Assembly: GCA_000004695.1 (NCBI GenBank)
Contig: CM000154.2
Location: forward strand, 2,976,001 to 3,040,000
DNA: 64,000 nt
Origin: Dictyostelium discoideum
Taxonomy: Eukaryota
Direction of reading: 5' to 3'
This document shows positions 1 through 13,529 of the stretch, piece by piece. Position numbers and translations under genes: made by a program. Below the pieces are notes generated by a model. That model worked only from the letters and a program-made list of their open reading frames with translations. It did no database searches and was not told the DNA's origin. The stretch's first letter is position 1. Every line of letters starts with the position of its first letter.

Positions 1-608
1 TTAAAAATCCAAACTTAAATTACTCAATTTTAGATTCCGCATTTTGTGGTGGTGATTTAAATATATTAGAATATTTAATTAATAATAATTTTAATAATTC
101 ATTTAAATCTTTATTAAATGCAACAAAATTTAATCATGATTTAAATGTTTTAAAATTATTATTAAATAATAATAATTTAATTTTAAAATTTTCACAATTT
201 AATTTTTTACAAGCAATTCAAAATTCAGTTTTAAATAAAAATTTAGATTCAATAAATTATTTAATTGAAATTAAAAATAATTTATATAATAATAATAATA
301 ATAATAATATAAATCCTTATAATACATCATCATCAACATTAGAAACTAATGAATTTTTAAAAATGATTGATAGATGTATTATTACAAAAGATTTAGTAAT
401 TTTAAAGATATTAATAGAGAAATTAAATTTTGAATTTAATTATAGAAAAGATTTAATTTTATCAAATGCAGCATTAAATAATTGTTTAGAAATTATTGAA
501 TATCTTTTATCATTATCAAATTTTAATTTTAAAATTTTACCAACTACAATATTAATGTCTGGTAATATTACAACTGCAAAACTTCTTTATAATTATTATT
601 GTTTAAAA

Positions 609-663
<55 letters not shown>

Positions 664-1217
664 TACCAATTAAATTATCATTTAATATTAATCATAATAA
701 AATTTTAAATAATTTAAATTTAATTAAATATCATTTCTTTAGAAATGATTGGAATTTTATAAATGAAGATGAAATTATTAAATTTGCATCTGTACCAAAT
801 AATGTTGAAGTTTTAAAATTTTTAAAGAAAATTAATTCAAATCATTATGGTAAAGAATATAAATTTTCAACTAAAGTACTTTCAAAAGCTTGTTTTTCAA
901 ATTCAATTGAAAATGTTATATTTATAAATGAAAATTTAAATAAAGAAACAGTTGATGAATGTCCAGTAATTGATAGTTCTGTTGATAATTTAGAAATTAC
1001 AAAATATTTACATTATCAAACAATTATTAATAATTATAAAAATTGGTGCACCACAAAATCTATTGACACTGCTGCTGAATTAAATAATTTTAATACAGTT
1101 TTATTTTTATTAGAAAATAGAAATGAAGGTTATTCTACTGATGTTTTCACTTCTGAAACAATTCATCATTCAATTTTAAAATTATTAAATTCTTTTAAAC
1201 ATTTATTAAAAAAATAA
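1..1217 (+). CDS. 5'-truncated CDS (codons start at nt 3, stop at 1215-1217): C-terminal part of an N-rich ankyrin-like-repeat protein
   Basis: Frame is open from the window edge into ORF 363..1217. Repeat units such as DSAFCGGDLNILEYLINN and LNAT..DLNVLKLLLNN resemble ankyrin repeats. It contains a poly-Asn run (AAT)n at 610-660. It is probably related to the family at 32595-40634 and 56158. Confidence 0.45.
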
Positions 1218-1520
1218 AAAAATAAATAAAAATAAAAAAAATTATAAAAAAATAAAAAAAATTATAAAAAAATAAATAAATTAATTTAATAATAATAATA
1301 ATAATTAAAAATATAAAATTAAATAAATAAATTAATTTTAAAATTTTTTTTTTTTATTTTATTTTTTTATTTTTATTTTCTTTTCTTTTTATCTTTATAT
1401 ATTACTGAAGGATTTTTAAAAAAAAAATTTGCGATGCCATATTATTATTATCTTCTATTTTTTTGATATTATTATTATTTGATTTGATTTGATTTTTTTT
1501 TTTTTTTTTTAAGATTTAAT

Positions 1521-2795
1521 TTAATTTAAAATTTCAGAAATAACACCAGCACCAACAGTTAATTGACCTTCTCTGATGGCGAAACGACCATTAATTGATA
1601 ATGGAGTTGGTGAGATAAGTTCAACAGTGAATTCAAGAGAATCACCTGGTAAAATGACGGCATGAGTTGGTGGGAGTTCGATCATACCAGTGACATTTGC
1701 AGTTCTAATGAAGAATTGTGGTCTGTAACCAGTGGCGAAACCTTTCTTTCTACCACCTTCAGCTTCAGTGAGTACGTAGGTCTTGGCCTTGAATTTGGTT
1801 GAGGCTTTGATTGTACCTGGTTTAGAGATGACTTCACCTCTTAAGACTTCTTCACGTTTCAAACCTCTTAATAAACAACCGACGTTTTCACCAGCTTGAG
1901 CGAAATCTAATAATTTACCAAACATTTCAATACCGGTGACGGCAACCTTTGGAACTGGTTTGATACCAACGATGGCAACTTCTTCACCGACCTTGAGGGT
2001 ACCTTGTTCGATACGACCAGTGGCGACAGTACCACGACCAGAGATGGAGAAAACTTCTTCGACTGGCATGAGGAATGGTTTATCGACGGCACGATGTGGT
2101 AATGGGATTTTAGTATCGAGGACTTCGACGAGTTCATCAATGGCTTTTCTACCGTATTGGGTGGCGGTTTCGTTGGTTTCAGCGAGAGCGACGGCGGCGG
2201 CACCTTTAACGAATGGGGTTTCATCACCGTTGAAACCATATTGTGATAAGAGTTCACGGACTTCCATCTCGACGATTTCAACGAGATCTGGGTCGGCGTT
2301 ATCCATCTTATTTAAAAAAACAACTAAAGCTGGAATACCAACTTCACGTGATAAAATGATGTGTTCACGAGTTTGTTCTTGTGGACCGTCTGGTGCTGAT
2401 ACTACGAGAATAGCACCATCCATTTGAGCGGCACCAGTAATCATATTTTTAATGTAATGTTGATGGCCTGGACAATCGATGTGTGCATAATGACGAGTTG
2501 CTGATTCGTACTCAATGTGTGATGCTGTGATTGTAATACCACGAGCTTTCTCTTCTGGTGATTTATCGATTTGTGCGTATGATTTAAAGTTGGCTAAACC
2601 ACGATCTGATAATGTCTTGGTGATTGCTGCTGTTAAGGTGGTTTTACCATGATCGACGTGACCAATGGTACCTACGTTAACGTGTGGTTTGGTACGTTCG
2701 AATTTCTTCTTTTCTGCTGCCATTGAAATTGATGTTGACTTGAATGTTCTTACAAGTTTAACATTTTGATTTGATGCAAATAATCTTGAAATCAT
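1521..2795 (-). CDS. tufM: Elongation factor Tu, mitochondrial precursor
   Basis: 424 aa, single exon. It has the G1-G4 GTPase motifs ([19 protein letters not shown]) and EF-Tu domains 2 and 3. An N-terminal basic presequence is consistent with mitochondrial targeting. The coding GC is raised, typical of a highly expressed gene. Confidence 0.9.
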   Translation of the reverse strand: MISRLFASNQNVKLVRTFKSTSISMAAEKKKFERTKPHVNVGTIGHVDHGKTTLTAAITKTLSDRGLANFKSYAQIDKSPEEKARGITITASHIEYESATRHYAHIDCPGHQHYIKNMITGAAQMDGAILVVSAPDGPQEQTREHIILSREVGIPALVVFLNKMDNADPDLVEIVEMEVRELLSQYGFNGDETPFVKGAAAVALAETNETATQYGRKAIDELVEVLDTKIPLPHRAVDKPFLMPVEEVFSISGRGTVATGRIEQGTLKVGEEVAIVGIKPVPKVAVTGIEMFGKLLDFAQAGENVGCLLRGLKREEVLRGEVISKPGTIKASTKFKAKTYVLTEAEGGRKKGFATGYRPQFFIRTANVTGMIELPPTHAVILPGDSLEFTVELISPTPLSINGRFAIREGQLTVGAGVISEILN

Positions 2796-2845
2796 TTTCT
2801 TATCAATTTATTGATTGATTATTTAATTAAATAAAAAAAAAAAAT

Positions 2846-2889
<44 letters not shown>

Positions 2890-3223
2890 AAAACGAATTT
2901 TTTTAAACTTTTTTTTTTTTTTTTTTAAAAAACGAAAAAAAAAAAAAAATAAAAAAATAAAAAATAAAAATAAAATAAAAATAAAACCGAACTACGAATT
3001 TTTTAAAAATAAATAAAATAAATAATAATTAAAAATGAACTTTTAAAATTTAATTTTTTTTATTTAAAATGAAAATTGTTTTTTTATTTTTTATTTTTTA
3101 TTTTTTTTTTGATGATTTTATTTTTAAAATGATATGTAAAAAAAAAAAAAAAAGTAATCAAAAAGAAAATAAATAAAATTTTTTTTCAAATAATAAATTT
3201 AAAATTGTTTAAAATTATTTAAA

Positions 3224-3257
<34 letters not shown>

Positions 3258-3487
3258 GAGACTGTTTAGTGATAAATAAAAAATTAATTAAAAAATATAT
3301 ATATATATATATTACTATTGATTATTTTTAGTAAAAGATATACAATTCCAATTATTTAATAGGCCAATTGAAAAGATCTTAAAAAAAAAAATAAAAAAAT
3401 AAACAAAATATATAAATGGAAAATAGATAAATGAAATATTTCATCTGATTTCAAGAAAAAATTCTTTTTTAAGATAATTTAATTTAT

Positions 3488-3521
<34 letters not shown>

Positions 3522-3592
3522 TTGTTTCCATATTTATTGGAAAATTTAATCAAAAAAAAAAAAAAAAAAATAAAATAATAAAAAATAAATAA

Positions 3593-3643
<51 letters not shown>

Positions 3644-4400
3644 TTTTTTTTCGGTTTTTAAAAATTTTTTTTTTTTTTTTTTTATTTTTTTTAAAAACCA
3701 AAAAAAAAAAAAAGAATTTATTTCTTTGTTGTTTCCCAATTCTTTATTCGTTCCAAAAAAAAGCACACAAAAAAAAAAAAAAAAAAAAAAATATATTTTC
3801 ACTAGTATCAAATAATAATTAAATTTATTATCACACATAAAATTTTCACCTTTTTCTTATCCTTTAACCAATTTAAAAAGAATTAATAAATATAAAGAGT
3901 TTCAAAACACATATAAAAGGAAAAAAAATAAAAATAAATAAAAAAAAAAAAAAATAAACACAAATAAAAAAAAAAAGAGTTTTCATTTTAATATTATTTA
4001 GACCTTTTTTTTTTTTATTTTTTATTTTCGGCGTTAATTAATTAAATAAAAAAAAAAACCCAAGTAAATTATTTTTTTTAAAAAATTTACGAATTGATTA
4101 TAGAGTATTATTGAAATTTTAATTAATTGATAATAAATACTTGATTATTAATCGTCATTGATATAAAATCCTCTGTTTCTTTATAAAGGATTTTTATCAA
4201 TTTTCATACGAACGCACTTATACCCCTAAACGGAATTGTTGGTTTCATTCTTTGTTTTTTATTACCCTATACCATCACTTATTATTTCATTTTTGATAGA
4301 TTTGTAAATCTAACCCAAAAATTAATAATAATTTGGTCTTTGTGACAATAAGGATTTCAGGAATCAATACAAAAGTTAAAACTACCCGATTAATTTAAAA

Positions 4401-4431
<31 letters not shown>

Positions 4432-5033
4432 TTTACAAAAAAGGTAGGAGACCATAACAATTCCATGTTCATTAAAGGGATCATGACAATATAGTTTTTA
4501 TCTATATTAAGTTGTGTTGTGTGTTTTTTTTTTTTTATTTTTAAAAAAAAAAAACAATGTGTGTGTTTTTTTTTTTTTTTATTTTTTAAAAAAAAAACAG
4601 TGTGTGTTTTAAAATTTTTTATTTTTATTATTTTTAAAAAAAAGGAGGGAAAAAGAAATCAAATCAATCGTTTAATAATTATATTATTTATTTATTTTAT
4701 ATTTTTTTTTTTATTTTATTTTTTTTGTTTCGGTTTTTTTTTTTATGGTTATCTGTTTTTTTCCCCGATTTTCGTCGTTTTTTTTTTTTTTCTTTAAAAA
4801 ATTTTATTAATTTTAATTAAAATTAATAAAATTTTAATACTCGATTTTTTTTCTCAAAATTATTTTTAATTTTTTTTTTTTTTTTTTTATATGTTTTGTT
4901 TAAAATCTATAAAATATTTATTTATTTATTTTTTTTTTTTTTCTCAAAATTATTTTAATTTTAATTTTTTTTTTTATAAAACAAATGTAATATATTCTAA
5001 TGTTTAAATTTGTTTATTTATAAAATTTAAAGA
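2796..5033. promoter_or_regulatory. Divergent intergenic/promoter region between tufM (-) and rrn3 (+)
   Basis: A 2.2 kb poly(A)/(T)-dominated spacer between two divergently oriented start codons. It contains a non-low-complexity island at about 4100-4500. Confidence 0.3.
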
Positions 5034-7254
5034 ATGCCAATGGAAGTACACACACAACCAACTCAAACAAATACACCAACTACTGGAAATATACCATCAT
5101 ACGAGATACTATGGAATAAAGCTATATCAAGTTCAAAACCAAATTTAGCAGATTGTAAGTTTTTATCTATAGATAAATATATATTAAATATATTCATTAA
5201 AATTAAAATTAATATTAATTTTTTTAAAATTTTTTTTTTTTAAATAATAAATAGTAATAAATTTTGATTGGACACAATCAGAACAAACAGTTAATAATTT
5301 TGTAGATTTTTTAATTAATTTGGTAACATTTAAATCAACATTTGCATTTGAATGTTTTAGTTTATTAATATCAGCATTTGAACCATACAAAATTGCAATA
5401 AAGAATCAAAGTAAAGTTTCCTATGAAAAATGGGAATTAATTTCAATGAAAGTTCATTTTTCATTTAATAAAATTTTATCAGTCATTCCATTAAGTTCAT
5501 CGATTTTAGCAAAATTAATTGTAAATAAATTTCCACATAAATCACATCCAGCCGATGTACAACATTTCTATTTAAAGAATGCATTATATGTAACACGTTA
5601 TTGTTCATCTATAACGCAAACCATTGTATCGGCTGCCGTTTCATCTATGATTCAAATCGATGTTTCCATCTCATTGGATGAGATGCCAGATGATGAAGAT
5701 TTACAATTTGATATAGAAGGTAATGCAAGTACAAATACAGCCGAGGAGCAAGAAGGTAAAATCAATGCACAAAAGTTGGATATTCTAATGAATTTAATGT
5801 TGGATTATTTCGATGTAAGGTTTGGTCTAGCTAAAAAAGATTCTGGTAATATCTTTTATTTCGATGGTTGTGAACTTCAAGATAAGTCAACTCAAGATGA
5901 CCTTTTTGCAAATTTAGTTAAAATATTCGATCAAACCATTTTACCAACTTATAAATCAAAATATACTCAATACCTTTTATTTTATATTTGTCGTATTCAA
6001 CATTTACAAAGTCATTTTCCACCATTAAATACAAATCAATCTTTATTACAACAATTTCCATCGATTAGTGCAAATAATAATAATGGTTCTTCATCATCAA
6101 ATAATAATGGTGGTGGTGGTGGACCAACTATGATGAGTACATCACCAGTATTTTTAACACCATCATTTAATAAATTAGCACAACAACATTCACCAAATTT
6201 TAGAAAATCACCAAATAGTTTTGGTAATAGTAGTGGTTTTAATAATTATTCAACAACAAATAGTGGTTCACCAAAGAAATCATTTAAAAACTTTTTACAT
6301 ATTGAACCAGTTCAATTTAGTGGCACAAATCATCGTATACTATATGCTGAATCATTTATTAGATATCTTTTTGGTAAACTTTGTAATGAAACTATTCATT
6401 CAATGCATAGACATGCTTGTGCAGCTTATATTGGTGGATTCATATCAAGAGCATCGTTTTTACCATCACATATTACTAAATTGGTTTTCAAAGATTTACT
6501 TGGTTTTGCAATGGCCTATGTTGAACGTGTCGATGTAAAGAGTAATCCAAATATTTATCCAGATCCACATAATCATTCTTTATTCTATTCAGTTTGTCAA
6601 TCGATTTATTATATATTTTGCTTTAGAAATAGTGTAATTTTAGATTTTACTGATTTCAAGAACGATAAAAAAGATGAAAAACAACGTGAGTTTTGGCAAG
6701 ATCTTCATGCTGCCTTTAGAAAGATTAGTATGTCTCGTTTAAATCCTTTCAAGGTTTGTTTGAAATCAGTTGTACGTCAATTTTGTTGTGTTTGTTTACG
6801 TGTTGGTATCTTTACTAAATGTACTGGTATCTTAAAAACAAACAAGAATGTATTATTATCAAAATCAACAATCACTGGTAGTTCTGCTGCTCCAACCGTT
6901 TCAAATAATCAATTTGATTCTTTCTTTCCTTTTGATCCTTATCTTTTATTCCATAGTAGTAAATTCTTTGCAAACTCTTATATTCATTGGAAAGATATTC
7001 GTAAGGATGGTGATGAAGAGAATTTAGAAGATCTATCCGATCAAGAAACTGATGATGAAGATGATTTATTAGATAAACTCTCCTCAGAATCTGATGATTC
7101 GGAATTTTCAGATTTTGATGGTTCTGACTCTGATTCTGACTCTGATAAAGATTGTGAAGATTCTGATTCTGAAGTTGAACAATTAGCTACATCTTTACAA
7201 AATTTCACTCCTGAACTTTATGATCTTCATTATCATTTTAAACATCGTAATTAA
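5034..7254 (+). CDS. rrn3: RNA polymerase I-specific transcription initiation factor RRN3 (TIF-IA); join(5034..5154,5255..7254), ~706 aa
   Basis: Exon 1 ends ..GAT T with a GTAAGT donor at 5155. The 100-nt AT intron ends AG at 5254. Exon 2 is in frame (T+TA = Leu) with ORF 5320..7254. The motif AAYIGGFISRASFLPSHITKLVFKDLL and FPFDPYLL match the conserved RRN3 core as I remember it from human RRN3. The C-terminal tail is acidic and Ser/Asp-rich. Confidence 0.75.
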
Positions 7255-8063
7255 TAATATAGTATAAAAAAAAAAGTATAAGTGTAAATTTTAATAAATA
7301 AATAAAAAAAAAAACAAAAAAAAAAAAAAAAATAAAAAGTAGTTGATTATCTTTATTTTGTATTTTTCTTTCTTTTTTTTTTTTTTTTTTTAATAATTTT
7401 AACCCAACTTAGGGTGTGTCCTATTTTTTTTATTAATTATTGTTAGTATTATTTTTTTATATTATTTGTTTATATAGTTAGTATTGAATATTCAGAAATA
7501 AGCAAGATTTTATAATAGATAAATTTGGTTCAACTCTGAGTCCCGCACGTGAAGATAAATTTTTCCATCATTTTTCATGATTTTGCATGTCTGCTTGAGG
7601 GTCTTTACTTCCATTTTTCTGATAAATTTTATTGATGAACATAATTTCTATTTGTATCAAAGTAAGAATTGGATGGGGATTAACCAAATTAACAAGATTC
7701 TCCAAATAGAAAATGAACCAATGCAACCGATTAACCAGATAAATTAGATAAATCAACCAAATGAAAAAATAAAATAAAAAAAATAAAATGGTCAAACAAG
7801 AAAACAATTACTTCACAAATTTCATTTACTATTATAAATAATCAAATAACTTTCCTAATTAATACAAATAAAAATAATTTATCTAAAATAAAAAAAAAAA
7901 TAAAGATTTTCAAATATCAATCCAATTAAATGAAGATGGTAGTTTCTGGATTATCCAGAAACTTAACTTTGTCAATAAAATTAAAATTAAATAAAAAATA
8001 AATAAATGAATAATAAATATAATAAAATAAATAAAAATAATAAATAAAATAAATAATGAATAA

Positions 8064-8094
<31 letters not shown>

Positions 8095-8109
8095 CTATTT
8101 ACATTTTAT

Positions 8110-9612
8110 TTATTGTTCAAGTTTTCTTTTATTTTTAAAACTAGAAGATGAAAAATATTTTTCAGTTTTATTATCTTGTTCACGTATATTTTGAGTAATA
8201 GAAAGTTGTAAGCCTTGTACAGGAGTAATGGCAACACTTGCAAGACCACTAGTTGAAGCAGAAGTCATAGAACCACCATAATTTTTTTGTTCCAATTTCT
8301 TTTTCTTTAGGATACCTCTTTCTTGAGCAACCAGTCTTACTTTACCACTTTCACCACCAATCATACCTAAACCAATACCACTTTCACCTATAGTTTTCTC
8401 TTCAACACCAAAGGACATACGATTTTTAGCTTTTTGAAAATCGGTGACACCATATTTCTGTTTGTATAGTCTAGCCTTTTTACCACCTCTCTTGGTTCTC
8501 TTACCCTCTTCAGGGGCAGGTAGTGCTTTATCTTGTTTTTGAGGTGGTGGTTCTTGCCATTTCTCAATTTTAGCTAAAATTTCATCACGATATTGTCTAC
8601 CTGTTTCACCATAGAATGATGAATCTTGTTGAGCATCAACTCTTGCAGCAATCGATACTCTACCAGTTAGAGTACGTAATGCTTTAACTTGTAAGAATGG
8701 TGGTGCTTTCTTTACAATATCACATTGTGAAATTAAACCCATTTGAAACTTTCTATTTGACATACCACTAAAACCTGCCAATGCTTTCTTATCAGCACCT
8801 AATGTTTGTAAATGACCAGCTGGAATATTTGCTAATTGTTGAATTGAACCTGCTATACCAATTAATTTAGATGCTATACTACTTCCCATCAATACTGATA
8901 AATTTGGTGCTATATAAGTCATTCTACTCTCTAAATAATGTAATATATTTTTTTTATGTAAATCTAATTCTAAACCCATATCACATGCATCAATTACTCT
9001 CATTAATTCTTCTTGTGTTAAATTTTTACCTGCTGTTGATGATAATGTTACTAATAATACCATAATTGTTGATTTTGGTAATAAATCATTTAATTGAACA
9101 TTAATTAAATCCTACATATATGTGTGTGTGAATATTCATCAAAAAAAAAAAAAAAATATTAATAAAAATAAACATAAAATAAAAATGAATAATAAAATAA
9201 TAAAGATATGTATGGGGGGTAAGTAACTTACATTTTCATTTTTAATTCTTTTAACACAATTTATATAATCTAATGGATTTTGAACGGAACTTTCTAATTC
9301 AGGGAATTTTTTTGAATATCTTTCACGAACAAATTTATGAATTAAATAAATTTCATGTTGAATCTCTTGAGCCATTTGATTACATTCAACGATTAATTTA
9401 TGTTCTTCAGAATCTTGACCTGTTTTAACACCTTTTTCAGGTAAACTCTTTATCATTTGATTTTTTACACGAGTTAATAATGATGTTAATTTATTTGAAT
9501 TATTTAATTTTGCAATTGATTCAATTGGTGCATCTTTATGTTTATTAATTAATTCAATTTGTTTCTTTTCAATCATTTCATCTGATAACATTAAATCATC
9601 TTGATCTCCCAT
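8110..9612 (-). CDS. prp31: U4/U6 snRNP protein Prp31 (Nop domain); join(9612..9232,9111..8110), ~460 aa
   Basis: Exon 1 (ORF 9139..9612) ends ..KNEN with a GTAAGT donor at 9231-9226. The acceptor AG is at 9113-9112. Exon 2 starts DLINVQLNDLLPKSTIMVLL and continues into ORF 8110..9063. It aligns along its length with the human PRP31 sequence as I remember it (NLS/Nop domain, KWQEPPP, GGKKARLYKQKYG). Confidence 0.85.
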
Positions 9613-10115
9613 TAATGTATCATTATCATCATCCTTTATATTTATATTTGTAGTAGTAGTTGTAGTAGTTGTAGTAGTGGAATTTTCATTATTATTATTG
9701 TTATTATCTTCCTCACCACCAAAATCATTAATGAAATCATTTGATAAACTATTATTTTCATTACTTTTTCCTAATCCATAATCTACTAATGCATCTTCAC
9801 CATCATTAAAATCATCTAAAAATTTATTTGGTAAAGGTGACCATAAATTAATAATGGAATTCCTTCGTCCTTTTTTTTTTTTTTTTTTTTTTTTTGAAAA
9901 TTTGGAAATTTAAAATGGAAAAAAAAAAAAATGAAAAAAAAAAAATAAAAAAAAAAAGGTTGTCCTTTGTGGAAAATTCTGTTTAGAAAAAAAAAAAAAA
10001 ACAAAAAATTAATCTATTTTTATTTTTATTTTATTTAAATTTAATTTATTAATTTATTATTTATAAATTGGTTATTTTGAAACAAGTAATGTTTTTATAT
10101 TAATGAAAAATTGAA

Positions 10116-11709
10116 TTATCTTTTTATACTACTTGAAATATCATCATGATCATCAATTATCATTTGATCATCACAATCATTATCATCATTATGTGATGAA
10201 ATTAAATTTAAAAATAAATCATCTGAAATATATTCTTCATCGAGTTGTTTTTGTATGAATTGATTAACCAATACTGCACTATTATTTATATTATTATTAT
10301 TATTATTATTATTTATATTATCACAATTATTGTTAATATCACTAAACCCACTAGATCCACCACAACTACCAATATTATTGGTATTATTTATTATTTCTAT
10401 TTCACAATTTTTATAATTATTATCATTTGATTTTATTGTTAAATCATCAGCACCATCCATTTCAATACATTTATTACCATTTAAATCATTATTTCCATTT
10501 TTTTCATTTTTTAATTGACTAACTTCAATTTTTTCACATTTTTCATTTTCATTTTTATTTTCATTTTCATTTTCTTTATTAATTTTTTTTAGTTTTATTT
10601 GTTTTTTATTATCTCTTTCTTGAGAAATTTGTAATGGTGATTGTGGATGATTGTGTGATAGAAATTCACCCATTTCAATTTTTTCAACAATACAACTACT
10701 ATCATCAGTATCATCAGTATCATCAGTATCGCCATCACCATCATTCAATACTAAACCTTGATAATTACCATTAATAATACACCCATTGAAATTAGTTTTT
10801 GATGATCCTTTAATTGATTTCAATGTTTCTTCAACCATATCATGTTGATTTATAGTATGGAAAATATTATCAAATAAACTTCCAACCTCAACCCTTTCAA
10901 CTAATAATGGTTGAGAATTAATTGCAATCACTCTATAAAAATCATATGGATATGCATAAACATGTACAATTGATACTATAAATAATTCAAATGTTGTTAA
11001 AGTTATCTTTTAAAAAAAAATTAAAATAAATTAGTATTATATAATTTATTAATTAATTAAAATATTTAATCCAAAAAAATATTTAATATATACAAACATT
11101 TATTAAATCCAAAAGTTCAGAAGCTTTAATATCATTTAAATCTGGAATAAAATTTAATTTATTTATTAACATGAAAACTATACTTTGCCAAAAACAAAAT
11201 CCTAAAACTATTTTAATTGATAAAAATTTTAAAATCGGTTTATAAGGTAATAATAAACTATAGGTAACTTTTAAAAATAATAAAATCGCTGATAATGCTA
11301 AACCAACTGATACAAATTGAACCATAATTTTATAAGGATAAAATTTATTAAATTGTGAAAAACTATTACCATACAAATTAAATTGTATTAATGCAATTGC
11401 AATTAATGTTAATAATGGTTTTACAACAATATATTGAAAAACTGATAATCTACAATAATATAAAAAGTTTCTATAATTAAAAATAAAAAACAAATATATA
11501 TATTAATAATTTGATTATTTAAATTTAGTATATAATATAAATATTTACTGATTTGGTTTATATTTTAAATCTGATAAATAAAGAATTTTAATCTCAAATA
11601 TTGAGATTGGTTCATGAACTACAAAGTGATTTATTAAATTTTCATCACCACCAGCATAACATGTTAATAATGCAAAAAATACATAAATTACATATGCTTC
11701 ATACCTATG

Positions 11710-11766
<57 letters not shown>

Positions 11767-12091
11767 GTATTAAATAAATTAATTAAGGAATTTTTAAAAA
11801 TTGTTTAAAAAAAAATACATACAAATCTCTAGCTAATTCTAAATAAATTTTATAATTAATAGTTAAAACTGTACAAAGTGTTAAAATTGAATATAATGGT
11901 ATCATAAAAATAATTCTAATGATATATCTTTGATGATCAGGTTTTGAATAAAATTTAAAATGTTTCAACATTAAATGAAATGATATTACAAATGTTAATA
12001 AACAAAAAATTGATGAAACTGAAAAAAAAGATGTTACAAAAGGATTATAAAATAATCCTCCTATTTTATCTTCATTTTCATTACCATTCAT
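10116..12091 (-). CDS. TMEM184/OST-alpha (DUF300) family multipass membrane protein; join(12091..11823,11704..11549,11470..11094,10975..10116), ~553 aa
   Basis: This model joins three ORF-track ORFs (11783..12091, 11083..11493, 10116..10931) plus a 156-nt internal exon. The donors are GTATGT, GTAAAT and GTATAT, and all acceptors are AG. The spliced product reads ..LELARDL/YEAYVIYVFFALL..KYKPNQ/NFLYYCRLSVFQYIVVKPLL..FWQSIVFML..LINVL/SIVHVYAYPYDFY..GSLFDNIF. This agrees with the remembered human TMEM184C sequence, including the post-TM HYTFSYKPY and EGSCFDSF motifs. Confidence 0.75.
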
Positions 12092-13529
12092 TTATTTATT
12101 TACTACTATATTATTTATTATTATTATTACTTTTATTATTGTAATTATTATTTAAATAAAAAAAAAATTTTATTCAATGGACAAAAAATTGATTACTACT
12201 TTTTTTTTTTTTTTTTTATTTATTTATTATTATTATTATTTTTATAATTTTTATTATTATTATTATTATTATTATTTGTTATTATTTTTTTTTATTATTT
12301 ACCACTATTTGAAAATCATGATAATGTTTGTAAATTATAATTGGTACTCCTAGTATATTAGGATGTGTTTATTTTTTTTTTGTGTAATATTTGTTTTTGT
12401 TTTTGAGGGAAGCTTTAATATATATTGGAATGTTGCTCAACATTCAAAAAAAAAAAAAAAAAAATTTAATTAAGTTTTTAGCTTTTGTTTTCATGTAACC
12501 ATCTATCAAAATGTTTTGATAATGAGTTAAGATTAGGAAATTTATTTGTATTTTTGGTAGAATTAGGAAATTTTATTTAGTGTGTTGTGGTACTACTGTG
12601 TGGTTATTATAGTCTTTTTTTTAATTTTTTAATTTTTATTTTTTTTGTGGTAATAGAAGTTTATTATTTAATTGTGGTGCGGAGTAGTGTTGTTGTTGCA
12701 ATAAAGTGTTATTTAGGTTTAGAAAAAAACAAAAAAGAACAAAAAAAAAAAAAAACAAAGCAAAACACGGGACTGTGGTTATTAATATTGAAAATAAATT
12801 AATTTTTTTTTTTTTTTTTTTTCTTTTAAATAATTTTTTTTTTTTTTTTAGGATATGTGTCCTTCTAACTAAAATTAATATGTTGTGATTCAAACCAGGA
12901 AAAATTTCATTTCACTGTTTTAAAAAAAAAAAAAAAATAAAATAAAAAATAAAATAAAAAATAAAAACAAAAAACAAAAAACTAAAAAAAAAAAAAAAAA
13001 TTAAAAAAATAAAATTTTACTGTTTCAAATAAAATGTCAAAAATGTCATAACCATTCGTGCAAATGATGAAGTTATACGAAAATCAGTGAGAAATAAATT
13101 TTCTTTAAAAAATTTTATTTTGGCTATTTTTTTAATTTTTGTTTTTAGGAAAAGAACTTTTGATAAATAAACAAATAAATTAATAAATATATTAATTATT
13201 GTTAATTAATTATAACAAAATAAAAATAATATAAAATAAAAAAATTGAATATTAATTTTTTTTTTTTTTTTTTTTTTCCCAAAACAATTTTTTAAAATAA
13301 ATATTTATAAAAACATATTTAAAATTTAACCAATAAAGTTAAGTTGATGTGGATTTACTTGAAAAATAAAAAAGAAAAATAAAAAAATAAAAAAAAATAT
13401 TCCATTATTTTTTTTTTTAAACTTTTATTTATGTATTTATTTTGTTTTTTTTTATTTTTTTTTTTTTTTATTTATTTATTTATTTATTTATTTATTTTAT
13501 TTATTTTTTTATTATTATTATTTTTAAAT

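Noticed and set aside
1907-2427. ORFs 1907..2281(-) and 1936..2427(+) overlapping tufM
   Set aside because: They are out-of-frame or antisense ORFs inside a GC-richer, highly conserved EF-Tu CDS. Their products are low-complexity Pro/Ser/Thr strings with no homology, so they are a typical artefact.
3479-4797. ORFs 3479..3838(-) and 4519..4797(+) encoding poly-F/K
   Set aside because: They are pure poly(A)/(T) translation artefacts in the intergenic spacer.
7500-7600. Possible tRNA near GGTTCAACTCTGAGTCCCGCACGTG
   Set aside because: There is no acceptor stem, no D or T arm pairing, and no GTTCGA-type B-box. It is most likely 3' UTR sequence between the convergent rrn3 and prp31 genes.
9613-9860. 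N-terminal extension of Prp31 upstream of Met 9612, where the frame stays open through D/N/T-rich sequence
   Set aside because: No in-frame ATG exists before the poly-Lys/poly(A) tract, and the human alignment begins near Met 9612. The open frame is probably a chance property of low-complexity sequence. An upstream micro-exon cannot be excluded.
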